Below, piece after piece: positions 26,075-36,163 of a stretch of 46,982 nt of DNA; position 1 is the first letter of the stretch, and each line of letters opens with the position of its first letter. Source of the DNA: Acidobacteriota bacterium. GTDB taxonomy: Bacteria > Acidobacteriota > Vicinamibacteria > Vicinamibacterales > UBA2999. The DNA is taken from contig JBKPRH010000070.1 of the NCBI GenBank assembly GCA_046765795.1, forward strand, positions 1 to 46,982, given 5' to 3'. The position numbers and the translations under genes are program-made. Under the pieces are notes generated by a model. It ran no database searches and had not been told where the DNA came from. It saw nothing but the letters and a program-made list of their open reading frames with translations.

Positions 26075-28321
26075 CTATCGAGTTGAACTGCGACCGCCCG
26101 TCGCAGGTGTCTCGCCGCCGATCGCACGCATCACAAAGTCGAACATGAGCTGACGCAGATGGCTGTTCAATCGTCCGTCGGCGATACCGTGCCGCGACTT
26201 CGGATACACCATCATCTCGAAAGGCTTGCCGGCTTTCTGCAGCTCGTACGCAAACTGTACCGAGTTCTGCATGTGGACGTTGTCGTCCATGGTCCCGTGA
26301 AGGAGCAGTATGCGGCCCTGGAGTTTGTCGGCGGCGAAGCGCGGTGCAGTACGACGATAGCCGTCCGGATTGTTCTTCGGCAGCTTCATCAATCGTTCGG
26401 TATAGACGGTGTCATAGTCGCGCCAATCGGTCACCGGTGCACCGACGATGCCGGCCGACCAACTGGTGCTGTGTGTCATGGCGTACGCCGTCATGAACCC
26501 GCCGTAACTCCATCCGCTCAGGACCATCCGTGTCGAATCCACATACGGCAATTTCTTCAGCCATGCGACGCCGTCTTCGAGGTCCTGTAGTTCGAGCTCG
26601 CCGAGCCGTCCGTAGACCGGCCACTGCGACTCGACGCCTTTTCCGCTGGCGCTTCGGTTGTCGAGCACGAATACGAGGACGCCGTGCTGGGCCAGCATCT
26701 GATGAAACATGTACTCGCGGCCGCCCCACTGGTTCTTCACCTGCGATGCGCCTGGTCCGCCGTAGGTGAACTGATACACGGGGTAGCGCCGGCTCGGATT
26801 GAAATCGACCGGCTTGATGAGCATGCCCTCCATCACGAACCCGTCGCGTGTCTTCACCTGCACGAATTCCGGCGCGGACAGTTGGTAGTCACGCAGCGCG
26901 GAAACCGGATTGAGATCGATTGCGCGGACATCAGCACCCGTGTTGCGATAGAGCCGCACCTGCGGCGGCGTGGTGACGTTGCTCCACACGTCGGCGAACA
27001 ACGTGAAGCTGGGATTGAAGATCGCGCGATGTGTGCCCTCGATCTGTGAGAGCCGCGTCAGGCCGGTGCCATCAAGGTTGATGCGATAGATGTCGGTCCC
27101 AATCGGGCTGTGCTCGGTTCCGGCGAAATACAGCACACCCGCGTCCTGGTTGATGCCGTACAGCGTGCGCACATCCCAGCGCCCATTCGTCACTTGACGA
27201 ATCACCGTGCCATCGGCGGCGATGCGATACAGATGCTTGAACCCGGTTCGCTCGCTGAACCACAGGAACGAGCCGTCTTTCAACCACAGCGGATCGCCGT
27301 TGTTGTTCACCCAGGCTTTTGTCGTCTCGCGAAGCAGCTTCCGTGAGCGGCCGTTCTCCACATCGGCCAGATTCAGATCGAGCCAAGTCTGCTCGCGATC
27401 CTGGATTTGATACACGACGCGCTGCGAATCCGGAGTCCAGTCCACGTCCACGATCAGGTACTCGGAGGTTGCAGATTTGGACACGTCGGTCCACACCGGC
27501 GCGCCGCCCGTCACGCTCGAGATCCCGAGCTTGACCAGCGGATTTGGATCGCCGGCTTTGGGATAGTCAGTGAGCTCGAGTGCCGGCCGATATGGAATGT
27601 GGTCGACGACGGTGTACTCGGGAACCGGTCGTTCGTCGAGTTGAAGAAACGCGATGCGAGCCGAGTCGGGACTCCACCAGTAGCCACGAAACTGATCGCG
27701 GCCGTAGATCTCCTCTTGATACAACCAGTCGAGCTTGCCGTTGAAGATCTCCCGTCCGCCGTCCGTCGTCAGCGGCCGCTCGCGTTGGGTCGCGACATCG
27801 ACGACATAGAGGTTGTTGCCGCGTACGAAGGCGACCGACTTCCCATCGGGACTGAACGTCGCGACTTCCTCGGTGCCCATGGCCGTTGTGAGACGTGAAG
27901 CTCTTGTGCCCGCGATGTCGTAGAAGTAGAGGTCGTCTGCAATAGTGACCAGGATGCCGGTTCGCGTGGCGTTGAAAATCAAATCATTGGAACGAGCGAT
28001 AAGGCCGGCCTCGGCGCGCGTCACTCCGGGCTGCGTGGCCAGCGCGGTCTCCATTCGTGCGGGGTCGAACAATGGGGACGTTCGGCCTGAGGCGGCATCA
28101 ACCTTCAGCCAATCGAATCCGCTGCCCGATTGCCGTGCAACCACGTATGTCGCCGGGTCGAGCCAGGAGATGTCGTCCTCCGCAAACCCACTGAACGCGA
28201 TGCGCTGTTCGGGGTGATAGATGGCATCAACCGTCAACAGGCTTTTTGATTGGGCCGACAGCGAAACGGTCGCCGCCACAATGACCAGGCAGATTCCCGC
28301 ACGTTTCAATACGTTCCCCAT
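26075..28321 (-). CDS. S9B-family dipeptidyl peptidase IV-like serine peptidase
   Basis: Signal peptide MGNVLKRAGICLVIVAATVSLSAQ. A DPPIV N-terminal beta-propeller region (...WSPDSARIAF...DWLYQEEIY...) is followed by the catalytic block SGWSYGGFMT, with ...GTMDDNVH... and ...YPKSRHGI... Confidence 0.85.
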   Translation of the reverse strand: MGNVLKRAGICLVIVAATVSLSAQSKSLLTVDAIYHPEQRIAFSGFAEDDISWLDPATYVVARQSGSGFDWLKVDAASGRTSPLFDPARMETALATQPGVTRAEAGLIARSNDLIFNATRTGILVTIADDLYFYDIAGTRASRLTTAMGTEEVATFSPDGKSVAFVRGNNLYVVDVATQRERPLTTDGGREIFNGKLDWLYQEEIYGRDQFRGYWWSPDSARIAFLQLDERPVPEYTVVDHIPYRPALELTDYPKAGDPNPLVKLGISSVTGGAPVWTDVSKSATSEYLIVDVDWTPDSQRVVYQIQDREQTWLDLNLADVENGRSRKLLRETTKAWVNNNGDPLWLKDGSFLWFSERTGFKHLYRIAADGTVIRQVTNGRWDVRTLYGINQDAGVLYFAGTEHSPIGTDIYRINLDGTGLTRLSQIEGTHRAIFNPSFTLFADVWSNVTTPPQVRLYRNTGADVRAIDLNPVSALRDYQLSAPEFVQVKTRDGFVMEGMLIKPVDFNPSRRYPVYQFTYGGPGASQVKNQWGGREYMFHQMLAQHGVLVFVLDNRSASGKGVESQWPVYGRLGELELQDLEDGVAWLKKLPYVDSTRMVLSGWSYGGFMTAYAMTHSTSWSAGIVGAPVTDWRDYDTVYTERLMKLPKNNPDGYRRTAPRFAADKLQGRILLLHGTMDDNVHMQNSVQFAYELQKAGKPFEMMVYPKSRHGIADGRLNSHLRQLMFDFVMRAIGGETPATGGRSSTR

Positions 28322-28381
28322 GACCTTCAGATTAGCACCCGTAGCTGGGCCGGATGCTCGTAAGCCTGATATCGTCGTCCC

Positions 28382-29758
28382 GTGGCTGACCTAACGTTTA
28401 TGGGCGCCGCCCGTACGGTGACCGGGTCGAAGTATCTGCTCGAACACGACGGGAAGCGGGTGCTCGTGGATTGCGGACTGTTTCAGGGACTCAAAGAACT
28501 GCGAGTCCGCAATTGGGAACCATTCCCGATTCCTCCTCGGGAGATCGATGCTGTCGTCCTGACCCATGCTCACCTCGACCACGTGGGATATCTGCCGCGC
28601 CTGCGCGCCGATGGGTATCGCGGCCGGATCTTTTGCACCGCGGGCACGAAGGAATTGTGCGGCCTGGTGCTGCCGGACTCGGGCCGAATCCAGGAAGAGG
28701 ACGCACGACAAGCGAACCGGCATGGGTACTCGAAGCATCAACCCGCGCTTCCGCTCTACACAGAGAGCGATGCACTGGCGGTGCTCACACAACTTCAGCC
28801 GCTCGGATATCAGCGCGCCATTGAAATCGTGCCCGGGGTTTCGATTGAGTTTCTTCCGGCAGGACATTTGCTGGGCTCTGCGTTTGTTGTGGCGCGGCTT
28901 CAGTCTGGTCCGACAATTCTGTTTGGTGGCGACCTTGGCCGTTATGCGCGTCCCGTTCTTCCAGACCCGTCAAACGCTGTGCAAGCAGACGTCGTTCTTC
29001 TGGAATCCACTTACGGCGATCGCGATCATGTTGCGGACGATAACGGTGAAGAATTGGCACAGGTCGTTCGAAGCACGATCGAGCGCGGCGGCAAGCTGAT
29101 CATTCCGGCGTTTGCGATCGGCCGCGTCGAGGAGTTGCTCTACTGGATGCGACGTCTCGAGCAGGAGCGACGCATTCCCGTTGTGCCGGTGTACGTCGAT
29201 AGCCCGATGGCCAACGAAGCGTTGAAGTTCTATTCGGCGCGCATCACCGAGCTTGACGAGGATATGCGCCCCACCGAGAAGAATGTCTCGACGTTTGCGA
29301 CCACACGATTCCAGACCGTGTCGTCACCACAGCAATCAAAGGAATTGACGGCCAGCCGCAAGCCGTCGATTGTGATTTCATCGAGCGGCATGGCCACCGG
29401 CGGCCGCGTGCTGCATCACATGGCCGCGTCGCTGCCTGATCCGCGCAACACGGTCCTGTTCGTCGGCTATCAAGCGGCCGGCACGCGCGGGCGTCAGCTC
29501 GTGGACGGCGCGCGCGATGTCAGGATTCACGGACAATCCATTTCCGTGAACGCGCGGATTGGGAAGATCGATTCGATGTCGGCACACGCCGACCGCGGCG
29601 AAATCATGCGATGGCTCGGCACGTTTCCCGCGAAGCCGGGTCGTGTGTGTCTCGTCCACGGCGAGCCCGAACCAATGGACGCCCTCAAGACCGTCATACA
29701 GCAACGTCTCGGCTGGACGGCTGAGACCCCGCACCACCTTCAACGGCTTTCGCTCTAA
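28382..29758 (+). CDS. MBL-fold beta-CASP family hydrolase (RNA-metabolising metallo-beta-lactamase type)
   Basis: LTFMGAARTVTGSKYLLE...VLVDCGLFQG, the HxHxDH motif VVLTHAHLDHVGYLP, ...ESTYGDR, ...IPAFAIGRVEELL, ...SAHADRGE, ...LVHGEP. The start is GTG. Confidence 0.8.
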   Translation: MADLTFMGAARTVTGSKYLLEHDGKRVLVDCGLFQGLKELRVRNWEPFPIPPREIDAVVLTHAHLDHVGYLPRLRADGYRGRIFCTAGTKELCGLVLPDSGRIQEEDARQANRHGYSKHQPALPLYTESDALAVLTQLQPLGYQRAIEIVPGVSIEFLPAGHLLGSAFVVARLQSGPTILFGGDLGRYARPVLPDPSNAVQADVVLLESTYGDRDHVADDNGEELAQVVRSTIERGGKLIIPAFAIGRVEELLYWMRRLEQERRIPVVPVYVDSPMANEALKFYSARITELDEDMRPTEKNVSTFATTRFQTVSSPQQSKELTASRKPSIVISSSGMATGGRVLHHMAASLPDPRNTVLFVGYQAAGTRGRQLVDGARDVRIHGQSISVNARIGKIDSMSAHADRGEIMRWLGTFPAKPGRVCLVHGEPEPMDALKTVIQQRLGWTAETPHHLQRLSL

Positions 29759-29762
29759 TTCC

Positions 29763-31727
29763 ATGAACGACACGCGTCGGTATCTGCTCGAAAGTGTGGA
29801 CGAGGCTGCCGTTGTGCAGTTGTACGCGGACGGCTTCAGCGCGCTGGATCTCCGCGACAAGATTCTCGTGTGGCATCTCTATCTCGCTGCGATAGCGGGT
29901 CGCGACATCTATTACGACCAGCGTTATGCGCATAACCTCGAGATGCGTACGTTGCTCGAAGCGATTCTGATGCGCGGAGCATCCGTGGATCCACGCGTGC
30001 TCGGCGAGATTCGTCGGTACATGAAGTTGTTCTGGATTAACACCGGGCCGTACAACAACCTGACGGCACGAAAGTTCGTCCTGCATCTGACGCGCGACGA
30101 GCTGCTCGACGCAGTGACGGCCGCACGTCGCGCCGGTGCGGAGATTGCCCCTCGTCCTGGCGAGTCACTGGCAGCTCTGGTCGATCGGATGGCTCCGCTC
30201 TACTTCGATGTCGCTTTCGATCCGATTCTGACGAACAAGACGCCAGGCGAGGGGCGCGACATCCTCGAGGCGAGCTCGAACAATCTCTACGCAGGTGTCA
30301 CGACGCGTTCGCTGGAGACGTTCGAGGAGCGCTATGCCCTGAACTCGCGTCTTGTGGCCCAGAACGGCCGTCTCGTCGAGGAGGTCTATCGGGTTGGCGG
30401 CCGTTACGACCGCGCGATTCGCCGCATCATCGGACATCTCGCCGATGCCGTGCCCTACGCCCCGCCGGCGATGGCGGAGGCCTTGACGGCGTTGATTCGC
30501 TTCTACGAAACGGGTGAGGAGACCGATCGCATCGCGTACGACATTGCCTGGGTTCGCGATCAGGAGTCCTCGGTGGACACGATCAACGGTTTCATCGAGG
30601 TGTATCTCGATCCGCGCGGGGTCAAAGGCGCGTGGGAGGGGATCGTCTGCTACGTGAACCCGGAGAAGACGCGTCGCATTCGAGCGCTGGCGGCGCACGC
30701 GCAGTGGTTCGAGGATCACATGCCGTGGGATCCCCGGTTCCGCAAGGCCGAAGTCACCGGCGTGACCGCGCGCGCGATCGAAGTCGTCATCGAGACCGGC
30801 GACTCGGGTCCCATCACACCCATCGGCATCAACCTCCCGAACGATCAAGCGATTCGCGAACAGTACGGCAGCAAGTCGGTGTCGCTCGCGAACGTCACCG
30901 AGGCGTACGAGCGCTCCACACCCGAAGGCATGCGGGTGGAATTCTCCTGGGACGATGCTGAAGCCGCCCGTGCAAAACGCTGGGGCGCCCTCGCACAGGA
31001 GCTCACGACCGACATGCACGAAGTGATCGGACACGGCTCCGGCCGAATGGCTGAGGAAGTGACGGTGCCGCCACATCGACTGCTGGCCGAGCAGTATTCG
31101 GCCATCGAAGAGGCGCGCGCCGATCTGGTTGCGTTGTATTTCCTCCCGGACCCCGAGATGCTCGAACTCGGCCTCGTGTCAGCCGAGGACCACGAAGAGA
31201 TCGTGCGGGCCGAATACGAGCACTACGCGCGCACGGCGCTCGTGCAGCTCCGCCGCGTGCGGGTCGGCACGCAGCTCGAGGAAGACCACATGCGCAACCG
31301 TCAGATGGTCGTGCAGTGGCTGCGCGCGCACACGAGTGCCATCGATGTGCGGCACCGTGACGGCAAGACCTATTTCGTGATGACGGACGCAGTGGCGTTT
31401 CGTGAAGGCGTCGGCCGATTGTTGGCCGAAGTTCAGCGGATCAAGAGCGAGGGTGACTACGCGGCGGCGCGCCGCCTATTCGAGGAGTACGGCGTCCATT
31501 TCGATGGCGCCCTCCGCGACGAGGTGGTTGCGCGCGTCGATCGACTCAAGCTCCCGTCGTACACCGGGTTTGTCATGCCGCGGCTCGAAGCCAGGCGCGA
31601 CGACCACGGTGACATCGTCGACATAGCGATTTCGTATCCGTGCGATCTCGAGACGCAGATGCTCGAGTATTCGGCGTTGTCGCGGGAAGACAGCGATGTT
31701 TTCGAACCGCCTGCCCGGGCACGCTGA
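29763..31727 (+). CDS. M49-family dipeptidyl-peptidase III-like zinc peptidase
   Basis: HEVIGHGSG (the HExxGH motif of M49) and the downstream EEARADL (second zinc-binding motif). The start at 29763 is 4 nt after the beta-CASP stop. The upstream 68 codons of the track ORF overlap the previous gene and were rejected. Confidence 0.8.
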   Translation: MNDTRRYLLESVDEAAVVQLYADGFSALDLRDKILVWHLYLAAIAGRDIYYDQRYAHNLEMRTLLEAILMRGASVDPRVLGEIRRYMKLFWINTGPYNNLTARKFVLHLTRDELLDAVTAARRAGAEIAPRPGESLAALVDRMAPLYFDVAFDPILTNKTPGEGRDILEASSNNLYAGVTTRSLETFEERYALNSRLVAQNGRLVEEVYRVGGRYDRAIRRIIGHLADAVPYAPPAMAEALTALIRFYETGEETDRIAYDIAWVRDQESSVDTINGFIEVYLDPRGVKGAWEGIVCYVNPEKTRRIRALAAHAQWFEDHMPWDPRFRKAEVTGVTARAIEVVIETGDSGPITPIGINLPNDQAIREQYGSKSVSLANVTEAYERSTPEGMRVEFSWDDAEAARAKRWGALAQELTTDMHEVIGHGSGRMAEEVTVPPHRLLAEQYSAIEEARADLVALYFLPDPEMLELGLVSAEDHEEIVRAEYEHYARTALVQLRRVRVGTQLEEDHMRNRQMVVQWLRAHTSAIDVRHRDGKTYFVMTDAVAFREGVGRLLAEVQRIKSEGDYAAARRLFEEYGVHFDGALRDEVVARVDRLKLPSYTGFVMPRLEARRDDHGDIVDIAISYPCDLETQMLEYSALSREDSDVFEPPARAR

Positions 31728-32856
31728 CGTCAACGCGTTGAGCCGGGCGGTTGCCCGCCTCACGTCCGCCGGCACGTCGCTCGTCGATTTGACGGAATCG
31801 AATCCGACGCACGCCGGGTTGCCGTATCCGGTCGATCTGCTCAGCGCAGCGGCGTCCGAGGCCGCGCTCTGTTACGACCCGCAGCCGTTCGGATTGCGGA
31901 CGGCGCGAGAGGCCGTGTCCGCCGACTACGCGCGTCGCGGAGTCGTCGTCGATCCCGAGTGCATCGTGTTGTCAGCGAGCACGAGCGAGGCCTATAGCTG
32001 GTTGTTCAAGCTGCTCTGTAATCCCGGCGAGTCAGTCTTGATCCCGCAACCCAGTTATCCGCTCTTCGAGCATTTGACGCGTCTCGAATCGGTCCACGCG
32101 GTACCGTACCGGCTCGAGTACCACGGGCGATGGGAGATCGATTTCGAAGGGATCGCCGCGGCAAAAGACGATGTCCGAGCCGTGCTGCTGGTGTCCCCGA
32201 ATAATCCCACCGGCTCGTATGTCACGCCTCGTGAAGCGGAGGCACTTGCCGCGATCTGCCGGGAGCGAGGCTGGGCGATTGTCTCCGATGAGGTCTTTGC
32301 GGAGTACACCCTCGATACGGAAGCGCCGGCCACAGAGATTGCGCGCCGTGCCAAGGTGCTGTCCTTTACGCTGGGCGGCGCATCCAAGTCGCTCGGGCTG
32401 CCGCAGATGAAGCTGGCGTGGACGATTGTTGATGGGCCGGTACAACAACGAATCGACGCCTTGTCGCGGCTCGAGCTCATCGCCGACACATTTCTTCCGG
32501 TAAATACGCCGGTGCAAGTCGCCGCACCGGATCTGTTCCGTCGCGCGGCGCCCATTCGGCAAGCGATTCACGAACGAGTATCCAGGAATCTGAATGCGGC
32601 TCGTGATGTCGCACGCGCCTATCCGGCGTGTGAGGTGTTGCGTGTCGAAGGCGGCTGGACGGCCGTGGTCCGCGTGCCGGCCACTCGTAGTGAGGAGGCG
32701 CTCACGCTCGGTCTCGTCCAGGATGAGCACGTCCTCGTGCATCCGGGCTTCTTCTTTGACTTTCCTCACGAAGCCTTTGTCATCGTGAGCCTGTTGCCGC
32801 ACGAGGACGTCTTCGCCGAAGCGTTCGCGCGCGTGCTTCGGTACGCGAGCGTATGA
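31696..32856 (+). CDS. Class I/II PLP-dependent aminotransferase
   Basis: LSASTSEAYSWLFKLL...PQPSYPLFE...LVSPNNPTGSY...VSDEVFAEY...LGGASKSLGLPQMKLAW. It overlaps the upstream gene by 32 nt. Confidence 0.75.
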   Translation: MFSNRLPGHADVNALSRAVARLTSAGTSLVDLTESNPTHAGLPYPVDLLSAAASEAALCYDPQPFGLRTAREAVSADYARRGVVVDPECIVLSASTSEAYSWLFKLLCNPGESVLIPQPSYPLFEHLTRLESVHAVPYRLEYHGRWEIDFEGIAAAKDDVRAVLLVSPNNPTGSYVTPREAEALAAICRERGWAIVSDEVFAEYTLDTEAPATEIARRAKVLSFTLGGASKSLGLPQMKLAWTIVDGPVQQRIDALSRLELIADTFLPVNTPVQVAAPDLFRRAAPIRQAIHERVSRNLNAARDVARAYPACEVLRVEGGWTAVVRVPATRSEEALTLGLVQDEHVLVHPGFFFDFPHEAFVIVSLLPHEDVFAEAFARVLRYASV

Positions 32857-34439
32857 GAACGTCGTCCTCCCGGCGCGCGGGACTGCTCGTTCCGCTGTTC
32901 TCGATTCCCTCCACGCGCAGTTGGGGAATCGGCGAGATCGGCGATCTCGAGGCGATGTGCAGCTGGCTCGCGAAAGCCGGTCAACGCGTGCTGCTCATGC
33001 TGCCGATCAACGAGATGCCGGTCAACGAATCGTCGCCGTACTCGGCACTGAGCGCGATGGCCATCGATCCGCAGTTCATCACGCTCGGTGACGTGGAGGA
33101 CTTTGTCGCGATTGGCGGTGAAGATGGGCTCGAGCCCGAGTGGCGCGCACGCCTCGCGGCCGTGCGTGCGGCGTCGGCAGTGGACTATGAGTCGGTACGG
33201 GCACTCAAGTCGATGGCGCTGCATCGCGCGTTCGCGCATTTTCAGGATTACGAGTGGAAGCGCGACACCCCGCGCGCGGCGCGGTTTCGCGCGTACACCG
33301 AGGAGCAGGGCTGGTGGCTCGACGATTACGCGCTGTTTCGCGCGCTGCACGCGCGCTATGACGAGCGAGGGTGGGCCGACTGGCCGCAGCGGGTTCGCGA
33401 TCGGCTCCCTGCGGCACTCACCGACGCGAGAGTCGAGCTCGACGAAGAGGTGCGCTACCGGAAATATGTGCAGTGGGTCGCAGGAGAACAGTGGACTGCG
33501 GCGCGTGGTCGCACGAGCGGTGTGGCCTTGTTTGGCGACCTCCCGTTTGCGGTCAGCGGCGACAGCGCTGATGTGTGGGCGAGACAGGACGAATTCAATT
33601 CGGCGTTATCAGTTGGCGTCCCGCCGGATGCGTTCAGCGCAACGGGTCAGGACTGGGGACTTCCGGCCTACAGGTGGGACGTGCTTGCCGAGCGCGATTT
33701 CGACTGGCTCGTGCAGCGGGCACGGCGCAATGCCGATCTGTTCGACGGCTACCGAGTGGATCACCTTGTCGGCTTCTATCGAATGTTTGTGCGCCCGCTC
33801 GGCGGGGGCACCGGCGTGTTCATGCCTGCCGCGCAGGCGGAGCAGACCGTGCTGGGCGAGCGCATTCTGCGCATCTTCGGGGACGCGGGAGCCGAGATCA
33901 TTGCTGAGGACCTGGGCATCATCCCGGATTTCGTTCGCGAGTCGTTGACGCGGCTCGGCATCCCCGGCTACCGCGTGTTTCGCTGGGAGCGCCATTGGCA
34001 TCAGCCCGGCCAGCCGTATCGGGACCCCGCCGAGTATCCGCCCGTGTCCGTTGCCACCTCTGGCACCCACGATACCGAGCCGCTGGTGATCTGGTGGGAG
34101 GGGGCCGAGCTGGAGGAACGTCGCGCAGCGATGGAGATTCCGTCGATTCGACACCTGATGACCGCAGACGATCGCATGCGCGCGATCATCGAGCCGTCAT
34201 TGACGCCCGCCGTACGGCATACGCTCCTCGAGGCGCTGTGCGCGTCGAGGTCGAACCTGCTCATTCTTCCGATTCAGGATGTGTTCGGCTGGCGCGCCCG
34301 TATCAACCAACCGGCAACGGTGGGCGATCAGAACTGGACGTGGAAACTGCCGTGGCCGTCCGATCGTTTGCTCACGCAGCCAGAGGCGCTAGGCGTCGCG
34401 CAGCAGTGGCGTGACTGCGCCGAACGGCACGGCCGTTAA
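32853..34439 (+). CDS. malQ: 4-alpha-glucanotransferase (amylomaltase, GH77)
   Basis: [29 protein letters not shown]...LPINE...[16 protein letters not shown]...FGDLPFAV...DWGLPAYRW...YRVDHLVGF...IAEDLGIIP...TSGTHDT. It has an ATGA overlap with the upstream gene. Confidence 0.85.
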   Translation: MRTSSSRRAGLLVPLFSIPSTRSWGIGEIGDLEAMCSWLAKAGQRVLLMLPINEMPVNESSPYSALSAMAIDPQFITLGDVEDFVAIGGEDGLEPEWRARLAAVRAASAVDYESVRALKSMALHRAFAHFQDYEWKRDTPRAARFRAYTEEQGWWLDDYALFRALHARYDERGWADWPQRVRDRLPAALTDARVELDEEVRYRKYVQWVAGEQWTAARGRTSGVALFGDLPFAVSGDSADVWARQDEFNSALSVGVPPDAFSATGQDWGLPAYRWDVLAERDFDWLVQRARRNADLFDGYRVDHLVGFYRMFVRPLGGGTGVFMPAAQAEQTVLGERILRIFGDAGAEIIAEDLGIIPDFVRESLTRLGIPGYRVFRWERHWHQPGQPYRDPAEYPPVSVATSGTHDTEPLVIWWEGAELEERRAAMEIPSIRHLMTADDRMRAIIEPSLTPAVRHTLLEALCASRSNLLILPIQDVFGWRARINQPATVGDQNWTWKLPWPSDRLLTQPEALGVAQQWRDCAERHGR

Positions 34440-36142
34440 CCGGCTTGTTTGCCGCTGATCTTTGCCCAGGTGTCTTTCAGCGTGACCGTCCGGTTGAACA
34501 CCGGCTTGCCTGGTGTCGAGTCGGGATCGATACAGAAGTAGCCCTGCCGCTCGAATTGGAATCGCGCGCCGTGAGCGGCTGACGCCAGCTCGGGCTCGAC
34601 TTTGACTTGCCGCAGAATCTCGAGCGAGTTCGGGTTCAGATCCGTCAGCGGATCGCGTCCGCCTTCTCCCGGATCGGCCGACTGAAACAAGCGGTCGTAC
34701 AGGCGCACCTCCGCATCAACGGCGTGTGCGGCTGACACCCAATGAATGGTGCCCTTTACGCGTCGCGCGGCCGTCGTTCCGCGGAGTGACTCTGTATCGA
34801 TGGTGCCATGCAGCTCGGTGATCTCGCCGGCGGCGTTCTTCACGACCGACTCGCACTTGAGGATGTAGGCGTAGCGCAGCCGCACTTCAACGCCCGGCGA
34901 GAGACGGAAGAACTTCTTGGGCGGCACCTCCATGAAGTCGTCGCGCTCGATGTAGATCTCTCGCGAAAACGGGACCCGCCGTGTACCGGCGTCGGCATCC
35001 TCAGGGTTGTTCACAGCGTCAACGTGTTCGACCTGTTCGTCCGGGTAGTTCTCGATGACGACCTTCAGCGGGTGCAACACGGCCAACGCGCGACGGGCGC
35101 GACGATTCAAATCCTCGCGAACCGTGTGCTCGAGCAATGCGACGTCGATCACGTTCTCTTTCTTCGCGACACCGATGCGTGAACAGAAGTCCTGAACGGC
35201 TTCAGGCGTATAGCCGCGCCGACGGATGCCGGCAATAGTCGGCATCCGCGGATCGTCCCAGCCGGAAACCAGTTTCTGTTCGACGAGCGACAGCAACTTG
35301 CGCTTGCTCATCACGGTGTAGTTCAGATTCAGCCGGGCGAACTCTATCTGACGAGGCCGCGATCTGAAGGCGGTCTCCTGGCTGATGTTATCGACGACCC
35401 AGTCGTACAACGGCCGGTGATCTTCGAATTCGAGCGTGCAGAGCGAGTGCGTGATCCCTTCGATCGCGTCGGAGATCGGGTGCGCGTAGTCGTACGTCGG
35501 ATAGATGCACCAGGCGTCACCGGTCCGGTGATGCGACGCGTGCCGAATGCGATAGAGCGTCGGATCCCGCATGTTGATGTTCGGCGACGCCATGTCGATC
35601 ACGGCGCGCAGCACGTGCGTGCCGTCGGCGAACTCGCCGGCACGCATGCGGCGAAACAGATCGAGGCTCTCCGCCGGGGGCCTGGTGCGATACGGACTGT
35701 TGCGACCCGGTTCGGTCAACGTTCCCCGATACTCACGAATCTCGTCCGCCGTGAGACTGTCCACGTACGCGTGGCCATCGCGGATCAACAGTTCGGCAAA
35801 TGCGTACATCTGCTCGAAGTAATCCGACGCGTAGTACAGCCGGTCCTCCCAGTCGAAGCCAAGCCAGCGGACATCCTCCTGAATGGATTCGACATACTCG
35901 ATGTCTTCCTTCGTGGGATTGGTGTCGTCGAAGCGGAGATTGCAGATCCCGGCGAAATCCTCGGCAACGCCGAAGTTCAGGCAGATCGACTTGGCATGTC
36001 CGATGTGTAGATACCCGTTTGGCTCGGGCGGAAAGCGCGTGTGTGCGCGGCCATGGCGGCCGGCTTTCAGATCGTCGGCGACGATCTCGCGAATAAAGTC
36101 GAGTGGCTTTGCCGACTCGAGTGTGGGCAGACTGTCGGACAT
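34436..36142 (-). CDS. glnS: Glutamine--tRNA ligase
   Basis: [16 protein letters not shown]...[26 protein letters not shown]...[14 protein letters not shown]...VMSKRKL (class I HIGH and KMSKS-type motifs). Length and order match the GlnRS type. Confidence 0.9.
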   Translation of the reverse strand: MSDSLPTLESAKPLDFIREIVADDLKAGRHGRAHTRFPPEPNGYLHIGHAKSICLNFGVAEDFAGICNLRFDDTNPTKEDIEYVESIQEDVRWLGFDWEDRLYYASDYFEQMYAFAELLIRDGHAYVDSLTADEIREYRGTLTEPGRNSPYRTRPPAESLDLFRRMRAGEFADGTHVLRAVIDMASPNINMRDPTLYRIRHASHHRTGDAWCIYPTYDYAHPISDAIEGITHSLCTLEFEDHRPLYDWVVDNISQETAFRSRPRQIEFARLNLNYTVMSKRKLLSLVEQKLVSGWDDPRMPTIAGIRRRGYTPEAVQDFCSRIGVAKKENVIDVALLEHTVREDLNRRARRALAVLHPLKVVIENYPDEQVEHVDAVNNPEDADAGTRRVPFSREIYIERDDFMEVPPKKFFRLSPGVEVRLRYAYILKCESVVKNAAGEITELHGTIDTESLRGTTAARRVKGTIHWVSAAHAVDAEVRLYDRLFQSADPGEGGRDPLTDLNPNSLEILRQVKVEPELASAAHGARFQFERQGYFCIDPDSTPGKPVFNRTVTLKDTWAKISGKQAG

Positions 36143-36163
36143 CGGGGAAACATCGATTGTACT

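Noticed and set aside
31696-31727. The 32-nt overlap between the DPP III-like and aminotransferase genes, considered as a possible frameshift or fusion site
   Set aside because: Both proteins look complete: the M49 C-terminus is present and the aminotransferase N-terminus is normal. There is no slippery heptamer. An ordinary overlap is the simpler reading.
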